The notes under the pieces: model-generated
Told to the model about the DNA's origin: nothing
What the model saw: only the letters and a program-made list of their open reading frames with translations
Databases searched by the model: none
Program-made: the position numbers and the translations under genes
From: Thermoproteus tenax Kra 1
GTDB lineage: Archaea; Thermoproteota; Thermoprotei; Thermoproteales; Thermoproteaceae
Length of the DNA: 32,000 nt
NCBI RefSeq assembly: GCF_000253055.1
Contig: NC_016070.1
Coordinates: 1,440,001-1,472,000, forward strand
Reading direction: 5' to 3'
Shown here: piece by piece, positions 7,466 to 15,862 of the stretch
Layout: each line of letters starts with the position of its first letter
Numbering within the stretch: the stretch's first letter is position 1

Positions 7466-7478
7466 ATGTGATAATATC

Positions 7479-8528
7479 GTGCAGTTTAAAATCCCCTACA
7501 TATACTCCTCGGAGGAGTTGGAGAGGTACTTTCTGGGAGTCTACAAGACGACTGAGGCGAAGAGCCCCTCCGTTGAGACCGGATTAGAGCGTTTGAGGCG
7601 ACTTGAGATCGCTAGAGTGATGAAGTCGGCCCAAGCTCTGGGCTCAGCGCTTAAAGAGATGGCAGTAGCTATGCCCTTTGTCGGCGAATTGCACCCGTTC
7701 TATAAGGATCTACTGGATCTCTATATAGGGCTCAACAACTACAGACATGCTTTGGCCAAGATCGGAAGGGCCACCTCCGCCGTTAGAGCAATATCTAGGG
7801 AGACGTTGATATCGCTTAAGACGGCCTACAGCAAAGGGCAAATATACAAGATAAGGAGGGCCTATATAGGTAGAGCGACTGATCTAATAAGAGACTTGGC
7901 TCCAGAGCTCAATACGGCGAGAGAGGCTGCCGTATTCTTCAGAAAGCTTTACGACATAGACCCAGAGCTCTTTACTGTAGTTGTAAGCGGCGCGCCAAAT
8001 GTTGGAAAGAGTAGTCTCGTGGGATGTATGTCCACAGCTAAGCCCAAGGTGGCCGAGTATCCATTCACAACGAAACAGATACACGTAGGCCATATATTCG
8101 TGAGGGGCGACAGAGTCCAAGTCATAGACACGCCGGGCCTTTTGGACAGGCCTTTCCAGGAGATGAATAGGATAGAACAACAAGCGGTCTTAGCCCTAAG
8201 ACACCTAGCTAAGGTGATAGTCTTCTTAGTCGATCCATCACTCCATAGTGGTTATGATATAGAGATCCAATTAAAAATATATAATAATATTAAAAGTAAT
8301 TTTAATATACCTATAATATTAGTAATAAATAAAATTGACCTAATTAATAATAAACAGATAATAAAGGATATAGAGAAGCTTTTCGGCGCAGAGCCGCACA
8401 CTATATCGGCCAAAGAGTGTCGTGGGACTGAGGAACTAAAGGAGCTAATCCTCGAGAAGTTTTATGTGCCCTACGCTCTGGAGAGGCTCAGACGCGCCGT
8501 CTATGAGCGACGAAGCCGATCCCGTTGA
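7479..8528 (+). CDS. NOG1-family GTP-binding protein
   Basis: 349 aa, GTG start. A helical NOG1-type N-terminal domain is followed by G1 GAPNVGKSS, G2 FTT, G3 DTPGLLDRP and G4 NKID (8328-8339). Confidence 0.85.
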   Translation: MQFKIPYIYSSEELERYFLGVYKTTEAKSPSVETGLERLRRLEIARVMKSAQALGSALKEMAVAMPFVGELHPFYKDLLDLYIGLNNYRHALAKIGRATSAVRAISRETLISLKTAYSKGQIYKIRRAYIGRATDLIRDLAPELNTAREAAVFFRKLYDIDPELFTVVVSGAPNVGKSSLVGCMSTAKPKVAEYPFTTKQIHVGHIFVRGDRVQVIDTPGLLDRPFQEMNRIEQQAVLALRHLAKVIVFLVDPSLHSGYDIEIQLKIYNNIKSNFNIPIILVINKIDLINNKQIIKDIEKLFGAEPHTISAKECRGTEELKELILEKFYVPYALERLRRAVYERRSRSR

Positions 8529-9573
8529 CCGACACAGTTATAGGTTGAGACTCTCGGACCGAAAAACGCACGCCTAGAATCTTCTCTACTATGTAAATAT
8601 TTGTCAACATGTGTTGAGTAGCTGACGATACTGAGACTCTGCTTTGGCCGTCGGCCAATGCCATGAACGGTATTATCATATCGGCCATGTGGGAGTCCAA
8701 GGCCGCCCCAGATGATATCTCTCTGAGCAACTTTTCAGCGGCCTCTCTTCCGACAATCTCGGCGGATTTACCCCTTTCCCCAAGGCTGTCTGAGCCAAGG
8801 ATGAACCCTCTATCGGTCTCGGCCCATAGCACTATGCCCGACCCAGGTCCTAGACCATCTCGTCTATATTCCACCGATATCTCGACCGGAACGCCGAAGC
8901 CGCTGAGCGTCTCTTTGGCGGCCCTTGCCTGCCGCTCGGCCACGTGTTCCGGGAGATTAACTGCGTGGGAGATACCTCCGATTCTCACCACTTCACCTCT
9001 AACAATCCAGTCGAAGGCCGGTATCTTAGCCACAGGCTCTACGACGACCTCTATGATGCCGCCGCCTTTTGGATAATGGCCTCGCCTCTTGAGGCTCACT
9101 GCGATATTGGCCCCCAACCTGGCTAGAAGCTTGGCGACTACATGGATGAAGTAGTCCACAGGCGGCGCCATGGGCACATCTGTTCCGCCTTTGATAACCA
9201 CCTTAGATCTACAGGGCGCGTACATCAACACAGGAAGGAGGGACTGGAGCACTAATACGACGCTGCCTGCTGTGCCTACATCGAAGAGGAACTCGCCACA
9301 TTTTATTGGGCCCGGCCTAAAGGCGAGATGCATAGATCCGATACTATCTCCTTTAACTTCGGCGTTGGCCACGGCGGCGACTGCTCTTACTGCCGTTAAG
9401 TGTTGATGTTGCAGTCCGGGGTTCTTCCTCCTAGCTCTTATGTTAGTAACCTCAACGGGCACGCCTAGGAGCGCCGACATCGATAGGGCAGTTCTCAAGA
9501 TCTGACCCCCGCCCTCTCCGTAGGAGCCATCGATTACTATCGGCTCCACGCTATATTTTGTTTTATTAAACAT
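8488..9573 (-). CDS. rtcA: RNA 3'-terminal phosphate cyclase
   Basis: 361 aa with GSYGEGGGQILRTALSMSALLG, RARRKNPGLQHQHLTAV and the His region DSHMADMIIPFMALA. An in-frame GTG at 9549 would give an N-terminus closer to the homologues I remember and would free 9550-9590 as promoter space. The 3' end overlaps the NOG1-like gene by 41 nt. Confidence 0.9.
   Translation of the reverse strand: MFNKTKYSVEPIVIDGSYGEGGGQILRTALSMSALLGVPVEVTNIRARRKNPGLQHQHLTAVRAVAAVANAEVKGDSIGSMHLAFRPGPIKCGEFLFDVGTAGSVVLVLQSLLPVLMYAPCRSKVVIKGGTDVPMAPPVDYFIHVVAKLLARLGANIAVSLKRRGHYPKGGGIIEVVVEPVAKIPAFDWIVRGEVVRIGGISHAVNLPEHVAERQARAAKETLSGFGVPVEISVEYRRDGLGPGSGIVLWAETDRGFILGSDSLGERGKSAEIVGREAAEKLLREISSGAALDSHMADMIIPFMALADGQSRVSVSSATQHMLTNIYIVEKILGVRFSVRESQPITVSVNGIGFVAHRRRV
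9561..9568 (+). promoter_or_regulatory. TATA-like box for the ACD-alpha gene
   Basis: TTTTATTA is centred about 26 nt upstream of the ATG at 9591. It lies within the first annotated codons of the maximal rtcA ORF. Confidence 0.4.
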
Positions 9574-9590
9574 TATTATCTACTGGCTGC

Positions 9591-10985
9591 ATGGAACTTG
9601 AGAGCTTGTTTTTCCCCGACTCTGTGGCGGTCGTGGGAGCTTCACCGAGATCCAACTCAGTGGGCTACGTGATCTCAGTCCAGCTACTGAGGAGATTCAG
9701 AGGAAAAGTTTATTTAGTTAATCCAAACTATAATGAAGCAATTATAAATAATATTAATGTAAGATTTTATAAATCAATATTAGATATAAACGATAAAATA
9801 GATCTAGCAGTCGTCGCAGTACCCTCGCGCTATGTCCCTGACATTATGAGAGAGTTGGGAAAACACGGAGTCAAAGCCGCCGTGATAGTAAGTGGCGGAT
9901 TCGCCGAAGTTGGCGAAGTCGAATTGGAGGAATATGTAGTAAAAATAAGTAGAGAGTATGGCATACGTATCTTGGGCCCGAACTGCGTGGGAGTTTTCAA
10001 CGCCCTGAACGGGCTTGACACTATGTTTCTGCCCGAGGAGAAGGCCAAGAGACCTGCCGGCGGCCCTATCGCGTTCATCAGCCAGAGCGGCGCCGTGATG
10101 ACGGCTGTTTTAGACTGGGCAGCTACAGAGGGCGTAGGAATAGGAATAGCGGTAAACGTAGGAAACAGAGCCGATATAGGCGAGGGAGACATCTTAAATT
10201 ATTTTAAAGAACTAGATTTCATAAAAGTTGTTGGAATATATCTTGAGGGGTTTAGAAAGAGAGAAGAATTACTATCATTTATGAAAGCAGCTAAATCTAT
10301 ATCATATAAAAAACCTCTAATTATCTATAAGGCTGGCCGAAACCTTGAGTCTTCCAGAGCCGCGCTGTCGCACACAGCAGCTCTGGCAGGCAACTACGAG
10401 TACTACAGAGCCCTCTTCGCCCAAGTGGGCGCCATAGAGGCACACGATCTGATAGACATGTTCGATATATCTCAGGCAATGGCCCTCTTGCCTCCGCCCG
10501 AGGGCAAAAGAGTGCTCGTAGTAACTTCGTCAGGCGGGATAGGGGTACAATCCGTCGACGCCCTAGTAGAAAATGGCCTTGAAGTGCCTCCTACGCCCAG
10601 AGAGATGAGGGAGGAGCTTAAGACGAAGCTATCGCGCTTAGTCTCTCTATCTAACCCAATCGACCTTACGGGCAGCGCGACCGATGAAGATTTTAAGGCC
10701 GTCCTGGAGGTAGGAGCTAAACATTTCGATGCGATATTGGTAGGAGCTTTAATACATCCGCCGGGGTTGAGCGAGAGGTTAGCCGAGTATATAGTCGACG
10801 TCTTGAGGTTGGGGAAACCCATCGTGGCCGTCAGCCTCGGCGGCTCACCTCAGGTCAAAGAGCTGGAGAATAGGTTGAGGGGCAAAGTGCCCGTCTATAA
10901 TACGCCGAGGCGGGCCGCGAGGGCCCTCGGAGCATTGTATCGCTATTACTCTTTTAAACAGAGGACGAAGAGATCAAGCGCATGA
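9591..10985 (+). CDS. acdA: ADP-forming acetyl/acyl-CoA synthetase, alpha subunit (CoA-binding plus succinyl-CoA-synthetase-like domains)
   Basis: 464 aa. The N-terminus is a CoA-binding Rossmann fold (SVAVVGAS ... VYLVNP ... DLAVVAVP). The phosphohistidine loop is ALSHTAALAG. The sequence is collinear with Pyrococcus-type ACD alpha as I remember it. Confidence 0.8.
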   Translation: MELESLFFPDSVAVVGASPRSNSVGYVISVQLLRRFRGKVYLVNPNYNEAIINNINVRFYKSILDINDKIDLAVVAVPSRYVPDIMRELGKHGVKAAVIVSGGFAEVGEVELEEYVVKISREYGIRILGPNCVGVFNALNGLDTMFLPEEKAKRPAGGPIAFISQSGAVMTAVLDWAATEGVGIGIAVNVGNRADIGEGDILNYFKELDFIKVVGIYLEGFRKREELLSFMKAAKSISYKKPLIIYKAGRNLESSRAALSHTAALAGNYEYYRALFAQVGAIEAHDLIDMFDISQAMALLPPPEGKRVLVVTSSGGIGVQSVDALVENGLEVPPTPREMREELKTKLSRLVSLSNPIDLTGSATDEDFKAVLEVGAKHFDAILVGALIHPPGLSERLAEYIVDVLRLGKPIVAVSLGGSPQVKELENRLRGKVPVYNTPRRAARALGALYRYYSFKQRTKRSSA

Positions 10986-11758
10986 TAGCGTTGCTCACAG
11001 ACTTTGGAACAAAGGACTACTTCGTGGCCGAGATGAAGGCCGTCATATACTCCGTAAACCCGAAGGCCAGGATCGTCGATATAACGCACGAGATACCGCC
11101 TCAAGACGTCTACACCGGCGCATTTGTTTTATGGAGATCTTACAAGTGGTTCCCGAGCGGCACTATATTTGTCGCCGTCGTTGATCCCGGCGTCGGCTCA
11201 GCGCGTCTTCCTCTATTAATAAGAACCAGACACTATTTCTTTATAGGACCTGACAACGGCCTCCTCAGCTTGGCCGCTGAGGAGGACGCGGTGGAGAGGA
11301 TATATAAGATTACGGCGAGTTTGTCTCATAGGTCGAGCACCTTCCACGGCCGCGACGTTTTTGCATATGCAGCGGCGCTGTTATCGAGGGGCGTTGCGCC
11401 CAACTTCTTGGGGGAAGAGATCGCCAATTTTGTGAGGCTAGAGAGACCCAGCGCCACAATAAAAGACGGCCTAGTCTACGCTAAGGCAATATATATAGAT
11501 AGATTTGGAAATATTTATACATCTATTACAAAAGATATTATATATAAAATTGCAAAAATTAACGATGAATTATGTATTAAATTTTATGATAAAGAATTTA
11601 GGGCAAAGTTCCTTGAGACCTATAGCGCCGCCCCTCCGGGTGCGCTAGTGGTATTAGTGAACAGCGAAGGCTTTTTGGAGATTGCCGTCAATAGGGGCAA
11701 CGCATCTGAGGAATTGGGCCTAACAGCCGGCGCAGATCTAGTGCTCTATAGATGTTGA
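10982..11758 (+). CDS. SAM hydroxide adenosyltransferase / DUF62 (chlorinase-fluorinase-like) family protein
   Basis: 258 aa, with an ATGA overlap with acdA. Motifs: IALLTDFGTKDYFVAEMKAVI, VAVVDPGVGS, IGPDNGLLS, STFHGRDVFAYAAA, IYIDRFGN. Confidence 0.85.
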   Translation: MIALLTDFGTKDYFVAEMKAVIYSVNPKARIVDITHEIPPQDVYTGAFVLWRSYKWFPSGTIFVAVVDPGVGSARLPLLIRTRHYFFIGPDNGLLSLAAEEDAVERIYKITASLSHRSSTFHGRDVFAYAAALLSRGVAPNFLGEEIANFVRLERPSATIKDGLVYAKAIYIDRFGNIYTSITKDIIYKIAKINDELCIKFYDKEFRAKFLETYSAAPPGALVVLVNSEGFLEIAVNRGNASEELGLTAGADLVLYRC

Positions 11759-11937
11759 AGCGCCTCCTTCAGCACGCGGCATATCTCATCTAGCGGCACG
11801 CCATCGCGCAACATCTGAATCACTAGTAGCCCGACCACAGCCGGCGAGTCTACCCTTAATCCGACAGCCTCATACTCTCTTCCTCCCACATTAGCCCTTA
11901 TTTTAATGGTGCCCCCCTCTTTGTCGACCGAGATCAT
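11746..11937 (-). CDS. Hypothetical 63-aa protein
   Basis: It lies 21 nt downstream of the DUF47 gene on the same strand and overlaps the DUF62 3' end by 13 nt. No family was recognised. Confidence 0.4.
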   Translation of the reverse strand: MISVDKEGGTIKIRANVGGREYEAVGLRVDSPAVVGLLVIQMLRDGVPLDEICRVLKEALQHL

Positions 11938-11958
11938 AAGAGGGACAACAAGACCACT

Positions 11959-12618
11959 TTAAATTGTGGATATTATAGATATGAGCAACTGCACGGCATC
12001 TTGCGCGTTGTCGGCTATCTTATCCGCGCTATATATCAGTGAGATTATGTGGTTGAACTCAACCGCAGATAAGGCGAGTTGGTATACTTCGTCGAGAATG
12101 TATTCCTTTATTTCATCGACTTCCTCCTCCAGCGTGCTGACGATCCTCGCATATCTGCTACAGAACTCTAGATCCCTACTTCTATCGAGAATAAGGCCAA
12201 TATATTCAATGATAGTTTTATCTAAATCCAACATTTCTTTGAATTTTCCTATAATTATTTTTCTTATATTATCATTTTTCCAAACTCTATATCCACGCTT
12301 TATCTCTTTAGAGATATAGTAAATATTGTCCAATATATTGTCTATTCTATCCAAGAGAAGCTCGGCGCTACCCATAATGCTGGGAACCAAAGCTCCCTTA
12401 GTTATATTGTCGTCGAGTTTGCGTATAATTTCATCGCCCTCCCTCTCTATCGCTGCAATCTTTCTGACAATTTCGTCTAAATAGACCTCATTAAGCTCTG
12501 TTTCCTTTAGGATCTGTTCTAAAAACTCAATGGACTGATGAGAGTAGCCTATGTGAGCCTTCAGACCTTCTACTATCTCGTCCCAACCTGAAGTGAACCA
12601 CCGCTTCAGTATACTCAC
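11959..12618 (-). CDS. DUF47 / PhoU-related (YkaA-like) helical protein
   Basis: 219 aa, GTG start. It is a duplicated helical repeat with IEREGDEIIRKL ... LLDRIDNILDNI in the first half and EEEVDEIKEYIL ... ADKIADNAQDAV in the second. This pattern is typical of DUF47/PhoU-like proteins. Confidence 0.6.
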   Translation of the reverse strand: MSILKRWFTSGWDEIVEGLKAHIGYSHQSIEFLEQILKETELNEVYLDEIVRKIAAIEREGDEIIRKLDDNITKGALVPSIMGSAELLLDRIDNILDNIYYISKEIKRGYRVWKNDNIRKIIIGKFKEMLDLDKTIIEYIGLILDRSRDLEFCSRYARIVSTLEEEVDEIKEYILDEVYQLALSAVEFNHIISLIYSADKIADNAQDAVQLLISIISTI

Positions 12619-12637
12619 GGAACGTGTATGTAGGGCA

Positions 12638-12645
12638 ATTTAAAA
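12638..12645 (-). promoter_or_regulatory. TATA-like box for the DUF47 gene
   Basis: TTTTAAAT on the - strand is centred about 24 nt upstream of the GTG at 12618. Confidence 0.45.
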
Positions 12646-12681
12646 GGTTGGGTCTAGACACCGGCGCCTATGGGCCAACTC

Positions 12682-12696
12682 AATTAATATGTATAA
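12682..12696 (+). promoter_or_regulatory. TATA-like box for the radical SAM gene
   Basis: AATTAATATGTATAA is centred about 23 nt upstream of the GTG at 12712. Confidence 0.4.
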
Positions 12697-12711
12697 ACCA
12701 CATATAAAGTT

Positions 12712-13839
12712 GTGAGAGAGGCCACACTATATAGGAGACTTGACGAGAGACGCGTCGTCTGCACAGCGTGCGCTAGGTATTGTAGGCTGAATCCCGGTGT
12801 CGTCGGCTTCTGCGGAGTCAGAGTGAACTTGGAGGGCAAGCTCTATCTCGCCGTGTATGGGCTTATATCTGCCATAGCTGTTGACCCCATAGAGAAGAAG
12901 CCCCTCACCCACTTCTATCCCGGGGCCATGGTACTATCGCTTTCTACTTTCGGTTGTAATTGGGCTTGTCAGTATTGCCAGAACTTCGATATTAGCCAGA
13001 GGAGGAGGATAGAGGGTTTCGAGATGCCTCCGGAGAGAGTGGTGGAGCTCGCCGAGACCTACGGAGCCCACGGGATAACGTACACTTACAATGAGCCGAC
13101 AATATTCGCTGAGTATGCCCACGATATTGGGGTATTGGCCCGACAAAGGGGCTTGTTCAATACGTTCGTTACAAATGGATATATGACTCCCGAGGCCGTT
13201 GAGTATATAGCGGGGTTCTTAGACGCAGCCACTGTGGACTTCAAGGGCAATGGGAACAAAAGATTCCTTGGGAGATTCTCTATGGTGCCCGACGTGGAGC
13301 CAGTGTTTCAGACTCTTGAGGAGATGAGGAGGAGGGACATTTGGGTCGAGATAACGGACTTAGTAGTGCCGAGGTACGGAGACAACTTGGAGGACGCAAG
13401 AAGATTGGTCAAAAGGGTCATCGATATTCTGGGGCCCGAGACTCCTATACACTTCTTGAGGTTCCACCCAGACTACAAGATGATGGACCTGAGCCCAACG
13501 CCTATCGAGACCTTGGAGAGGCATGTGGAGGTCGCCAAAGAGGAAGGTGCCAAGTACGTCTACGTGGGCAACGTGCCCGGCCATAAGTACGAGCACACCT
13601 ACTGTCCGGAATGCGGACGGCCTGTGATTAAGCGCTATGGCTTCGACATCCTCGAAATAAATCTTGTGGAAAAAGGCGGAGAGTATAGATGCAAGTTCTG
13701 CGGAGCCAAGATCAATATAAGGGGGAGGATCCTCCCTACATGGAAACTGGAGAGCCGTTTTGCCTATGTCCCGATCCACCTTCTAACTCGCTACGTGAGA
13801 AGGGACACGTCTAAGGAGGACGAATCAAGATTTAAATAG
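12712..13839 (+). CDS. amrS: AmmeMemoRadiSam-system radical SAM enzyme (PflA-like activase family)
   Basis: 375 aa, GTG start. The N-terminal Cys pair is VCTACARYC. PIEKKPLTHFYPG precedes the radical SAM cluster CNWACQYCQN. The C-terminal zinc ribbon is CPECG ... CKFCG. Confidence 0.85.
   Translation: MREATLYRRLDERRVVCTACARYCRLNPGVVGFCGVRVNLEGKLYLAVYGLISAIAVDPIEKKPLTHFYPGAMVLSLSTFGCNWACQYCQNFDISQRRRIEGFEMPPERVVELAETYGAHGITYTYNEPTIFAEYAHDIGVLARQRGLFNTFVTNGYMTPEAVEYIAGFLDAATVDFKGNGNKRFLGRFSMVPDVEPVFQTLEEMRRRDIWVEITDLVVPRYGDNLEDARRLVKRVIDILGPETPIHFLRFHPDYKMMDLSPTPIETLERHVEVAKEEGAKYVYVGNVPGHKYEHTYCPECGRPVIKRYGFDILEINLVEKGGEYRCKFCGAKINIRGRILPTWKLESRFAYVPIHLLTRYVRRDTSKEDESRFK
13831..13838 (+). promoter_or_regulatory. 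TATA-like box for the proteasome beta gene
   Basis: TTTAAATA overlaps the amrS stop codon and is centred about 24 nt upstream of the ATG at 13858. Confidence 0.45.
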
Positions 13840-13857
13840 CGTTGAACAAGATAGGGC

Positions 13858-14472
13858 ATGTCCGAGGAATATAACGTAGGCGCTACCGCCGTAGGGATAA
13901 GGGCCAAGGACGGCGTTGTCTTGGCGGCCGAGAAGAGGATAACCTACGGCTTCTATTCGCTCAGCTCCTCCGGAAAGAAGGTCTTTATAGTGAACGACAG
14001 AATGGCGATAGCGTCGGCAGGGGTCATAGCCGACATGCAGACGTTGGCCAAGATACTGAGAGTTAACGCCAAAATGTACGAGCTCGACGCCAAGAGGAAG
14101 CCCAGCGTGGCGGCAATGGCTAAGCTACTCTCTATAATTATGTTCAATAGAAGGTGGATGCCCTTTATAGCCGAGGTGTTGGTGGGAGGATACGACGAAG
14201 AGGGCCCCCACGTGTTCGTCCTCGACCCAGTGGGTAGTCTCATAGAGGATGACTATGCAGCCTTGGGCACGGGGGCAAAGATGGCCATAGGGATACTGGA
14301 CTCAGGTTATAAGAAGGACATAGACGTCGTTGAGGCCAGAAAGCTGGCCATCAACGCAATAAGGGCCGCGCTTGAGAGAGACCCTGTATCCGGCGGAGGT
14401 ATCGACTTAGTTATTATAACGCCCACTGAGACTCGCGAGGAGGAGGTCAAGGTGTCTGCGGTTTTAACCTAA
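13858..14472 (+). CDS. psmB: 20S proteasome beta subunit (beta1-type paralogue with Ala at the canonical Thr1 column)
   Basis: 204 aa with the Ntn-hydrolase beta-subunit pattern: [58 protein letters not shown]. Confidence 0.9.
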   Translation: MSEEYNVGATAVGIRAKDGVVLAAEKRITYGFYSLSSSGKKVFIVNDRMAIASAGVIADMQTLAKILRVNAKMYELDAKRKPSVAAMAKLLSIIMFNRRWMPFIAEVLVGGYDEEGPHVFVLDPVGSLIEDDYAALGTGAKMAIGILDSGYKKDIDVVEARKLAINAIRAALERDPVSGGGIDLVIITPTETREEEVKVSAVLT

Positions 14473-15143
14473 CAAGGCGCCTCGCCCCATTTATCGAACT
14501 CGGCAGGTTGGCGTCTCTTAAGCTCGTTGGCCTTGTTGTGGGCCAGCAGCAGAGGCTCAGGCATGGAGGATGTCTTACAGAGCGATCTTACAATGTTGAC
14601 GGCATCGTCGAGAGTCACCATATTGCCGACTGAGACGTAGAGAGGCCTTCTGCAGATCACGAGGGCCCCTATCACCTCGCCTGTGCGCGGATCCTGTATG
14701 AGGTTTCCCCTTATCTCGCCGTACAGCTTCGACTTAGCTACGCCTATGCTGGCTATGCCCAAGGCCACTCCTAGGTGGGCCGCGAGGCCTAGCTTGTACG
14801 GATGCGCTATTCCTTGCCCATCGACTAGCACCACATCAAATTTAGTCTTGATTTTTCTGAGCGCTCTCACTATCGGCATAAGCTCTCTGAAGGACAAGAG
14901 AGTAGGCACATATGGGAACACGACCTTGTTAATGGAACATCCGTACTCCAGAGGTCTCCCCTCATTCACTGAATACACAACTGCGGCCGAGAAGGCTACA
15001 TCGCCTTTATACGCCACATCTACCCCAACCACATACTGTACATCCCTCAGTGGGATCTGGACGACTCTCTCAGCCAACCTACGTTGGACTCTTCTGGCTA
15101 GCTCTATGTCAAATCCTCTTGGAACAATCACAGAAGTTTTCAA
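14469..15143 (-). CDS. nfi: Endonuclease V
   Basis: 224 aa with [45 protein letters not shown] and IGVAKS. Confidence 0.9.
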   Translation of the reverse strand: MKTSVIVPRGFDIELARRVQRRLAERVVQIPLRDVQYVVGVDVAYKGDVAFSAAVVYSVNEGRPLEYGCSINKVVFPYVPTLLSFRELMPIVRALRKIKTKFDVVLVDGQGIAHPYKLGLAAHLGVALGIASIGVAKSKLYGEIRGNLIQDPRTGEVIGALVICRRPLYVSVGNMVTLDDAVNIVRSLCKTSSMPEPLLLAHNKANELKRRQPAEFDKWGEAPC

Positions 15144-15798
15144 GTATTCTGTTTATGATTTTAGAGGTAGAACACAGGCTGCACTCCAGCGGTTTGGCGC
15201 GCACTATTTGTGTCTCAATGCCCCTCCGTCTAAACTTCTCCAACAATGTCGCTTCATCGAACGTCTGGTTTGCGCCCAAGAGGACTACGTCGGGTCTCTC
15301 CTCCTCGACAACTCTAAGCATATCATCCTCATACCCCAATCTGGCTTTGTGCACGAAATATATACTGGAGACCACCTTGAGCCTGTTTTCGGCTGGTATA
15401 GAGACGGTCCTTCCCTTTATTTTGGCGGCGTTTGTATCCCGCGACACGACGGCAACGACGCGGCCCAATCTCCACGCCTGCTCCATGTAAAAGATATGGC
15501 CTGGGTGTATGAGCTCGAAGGTGCCGGCTATGAAGACCTTTCTATAGTTCTTCTCTATCTCCGAGGGCCTCCTCCACTCAAAGTCGACGAGGCCCAACAA
15601 CCTCAGTGCGTCTAGGAGGCCTTCGGCATAAGAGGCAGCGGCGATAGACGTCGTGGCATCCCCCCTAGATAGATAGAACTTGGCATCCCTTAGATAGGCT
15701 TTAGCCAACTCGACGACGTCGTTGGCCCTTGAGTCGTGTAACTTCAGCGTCTCAATAGCGTTCTCGAGGTTGCGCACGTAGATCACGGCTCTCTCCAT
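15109..15798 (-). CDS. ribL: RibL-like FAD synthase / cytidylyltransferase with N-terminal DUF357-like helical domain
   Basis: 229 aa. The nucleotidyltransferase motif is IAGTFELIHPGHIFYM (HxGH), followed by VVAVVSRD. The N-terminal ~85 aa (AKAYLRDAKFYLSRGD ... SYAEGLLDALRLLG) resemble DUF357. The gene overlaps the nfi start by 35 nt. Confidence 0.7.
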   Translation of the reverse strand: MERAVIYVRNLENAIETLKLHDSRANDVVELAKAYLRDAKFYLSRGDATTSIAAASYAEGLLDALRLLGLVDFEWRRPSEIEKNYRKVFIAGTFELIHPGHIFYMEQAWRLGRVVAVVSRDTNAAKIKGRTVSIPAENRLKVVSSIYFVHKARLGYEDDMLRVVEEERPDVVLLGANQTFDEATLLEKFRRRGIETQIVRAKPLECSLCSTSKIINRILENFCDCSKRI

Positions 15799-15818
15799 AG
15801 CTCTTTGAAAGAGCTCTC

Positions 15819-15826
15819 ATATTAAA
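15819..15826 (-). promoter_or_regulatory. TATA-like box for the RibL-like gene
   Basis: TTTAATAT on the - strand is centred about 24 nt upstream of the ATG at 15798. Confidence 0.45.
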
Positions 15827-15834
15827 GCCTGAAA

Positions 15835-15842
15835 TTTTAAAA
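15835..15842 (+). promoter_or_regulatory. TATA-like box for the 64-aa ORF
   Basis: TTTTAAAA is centred about 24 nt upstream of the GTG at 15863. Confidence 0.4.
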
Positions 15843-15862
15843 AGGCTCGCTCCATCGCCCAC

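Noticed and set aside
12535-12591. C-box-like CUGAUGA and D-box-like CUGA 57 nt apart on the plus strand, and a GUGAUGA on the minus strand near 30627 inside rpoB
   Set aside because: Both lie inside or antisense to coding sequence. Neither has credible C'/D' boxes or a correctly placed D box, and neither has an upstream TATA box at the right distance.
14683-15615. 310-aa plus-strand ORF antisense to nfi and the RibL-like gene
   Set aside because: It is a shadow ORF opposite two well-supported genes. It is Ser/Thr/Leu/Pro-rich and low in complexity, with no motif and no promoter or start context.
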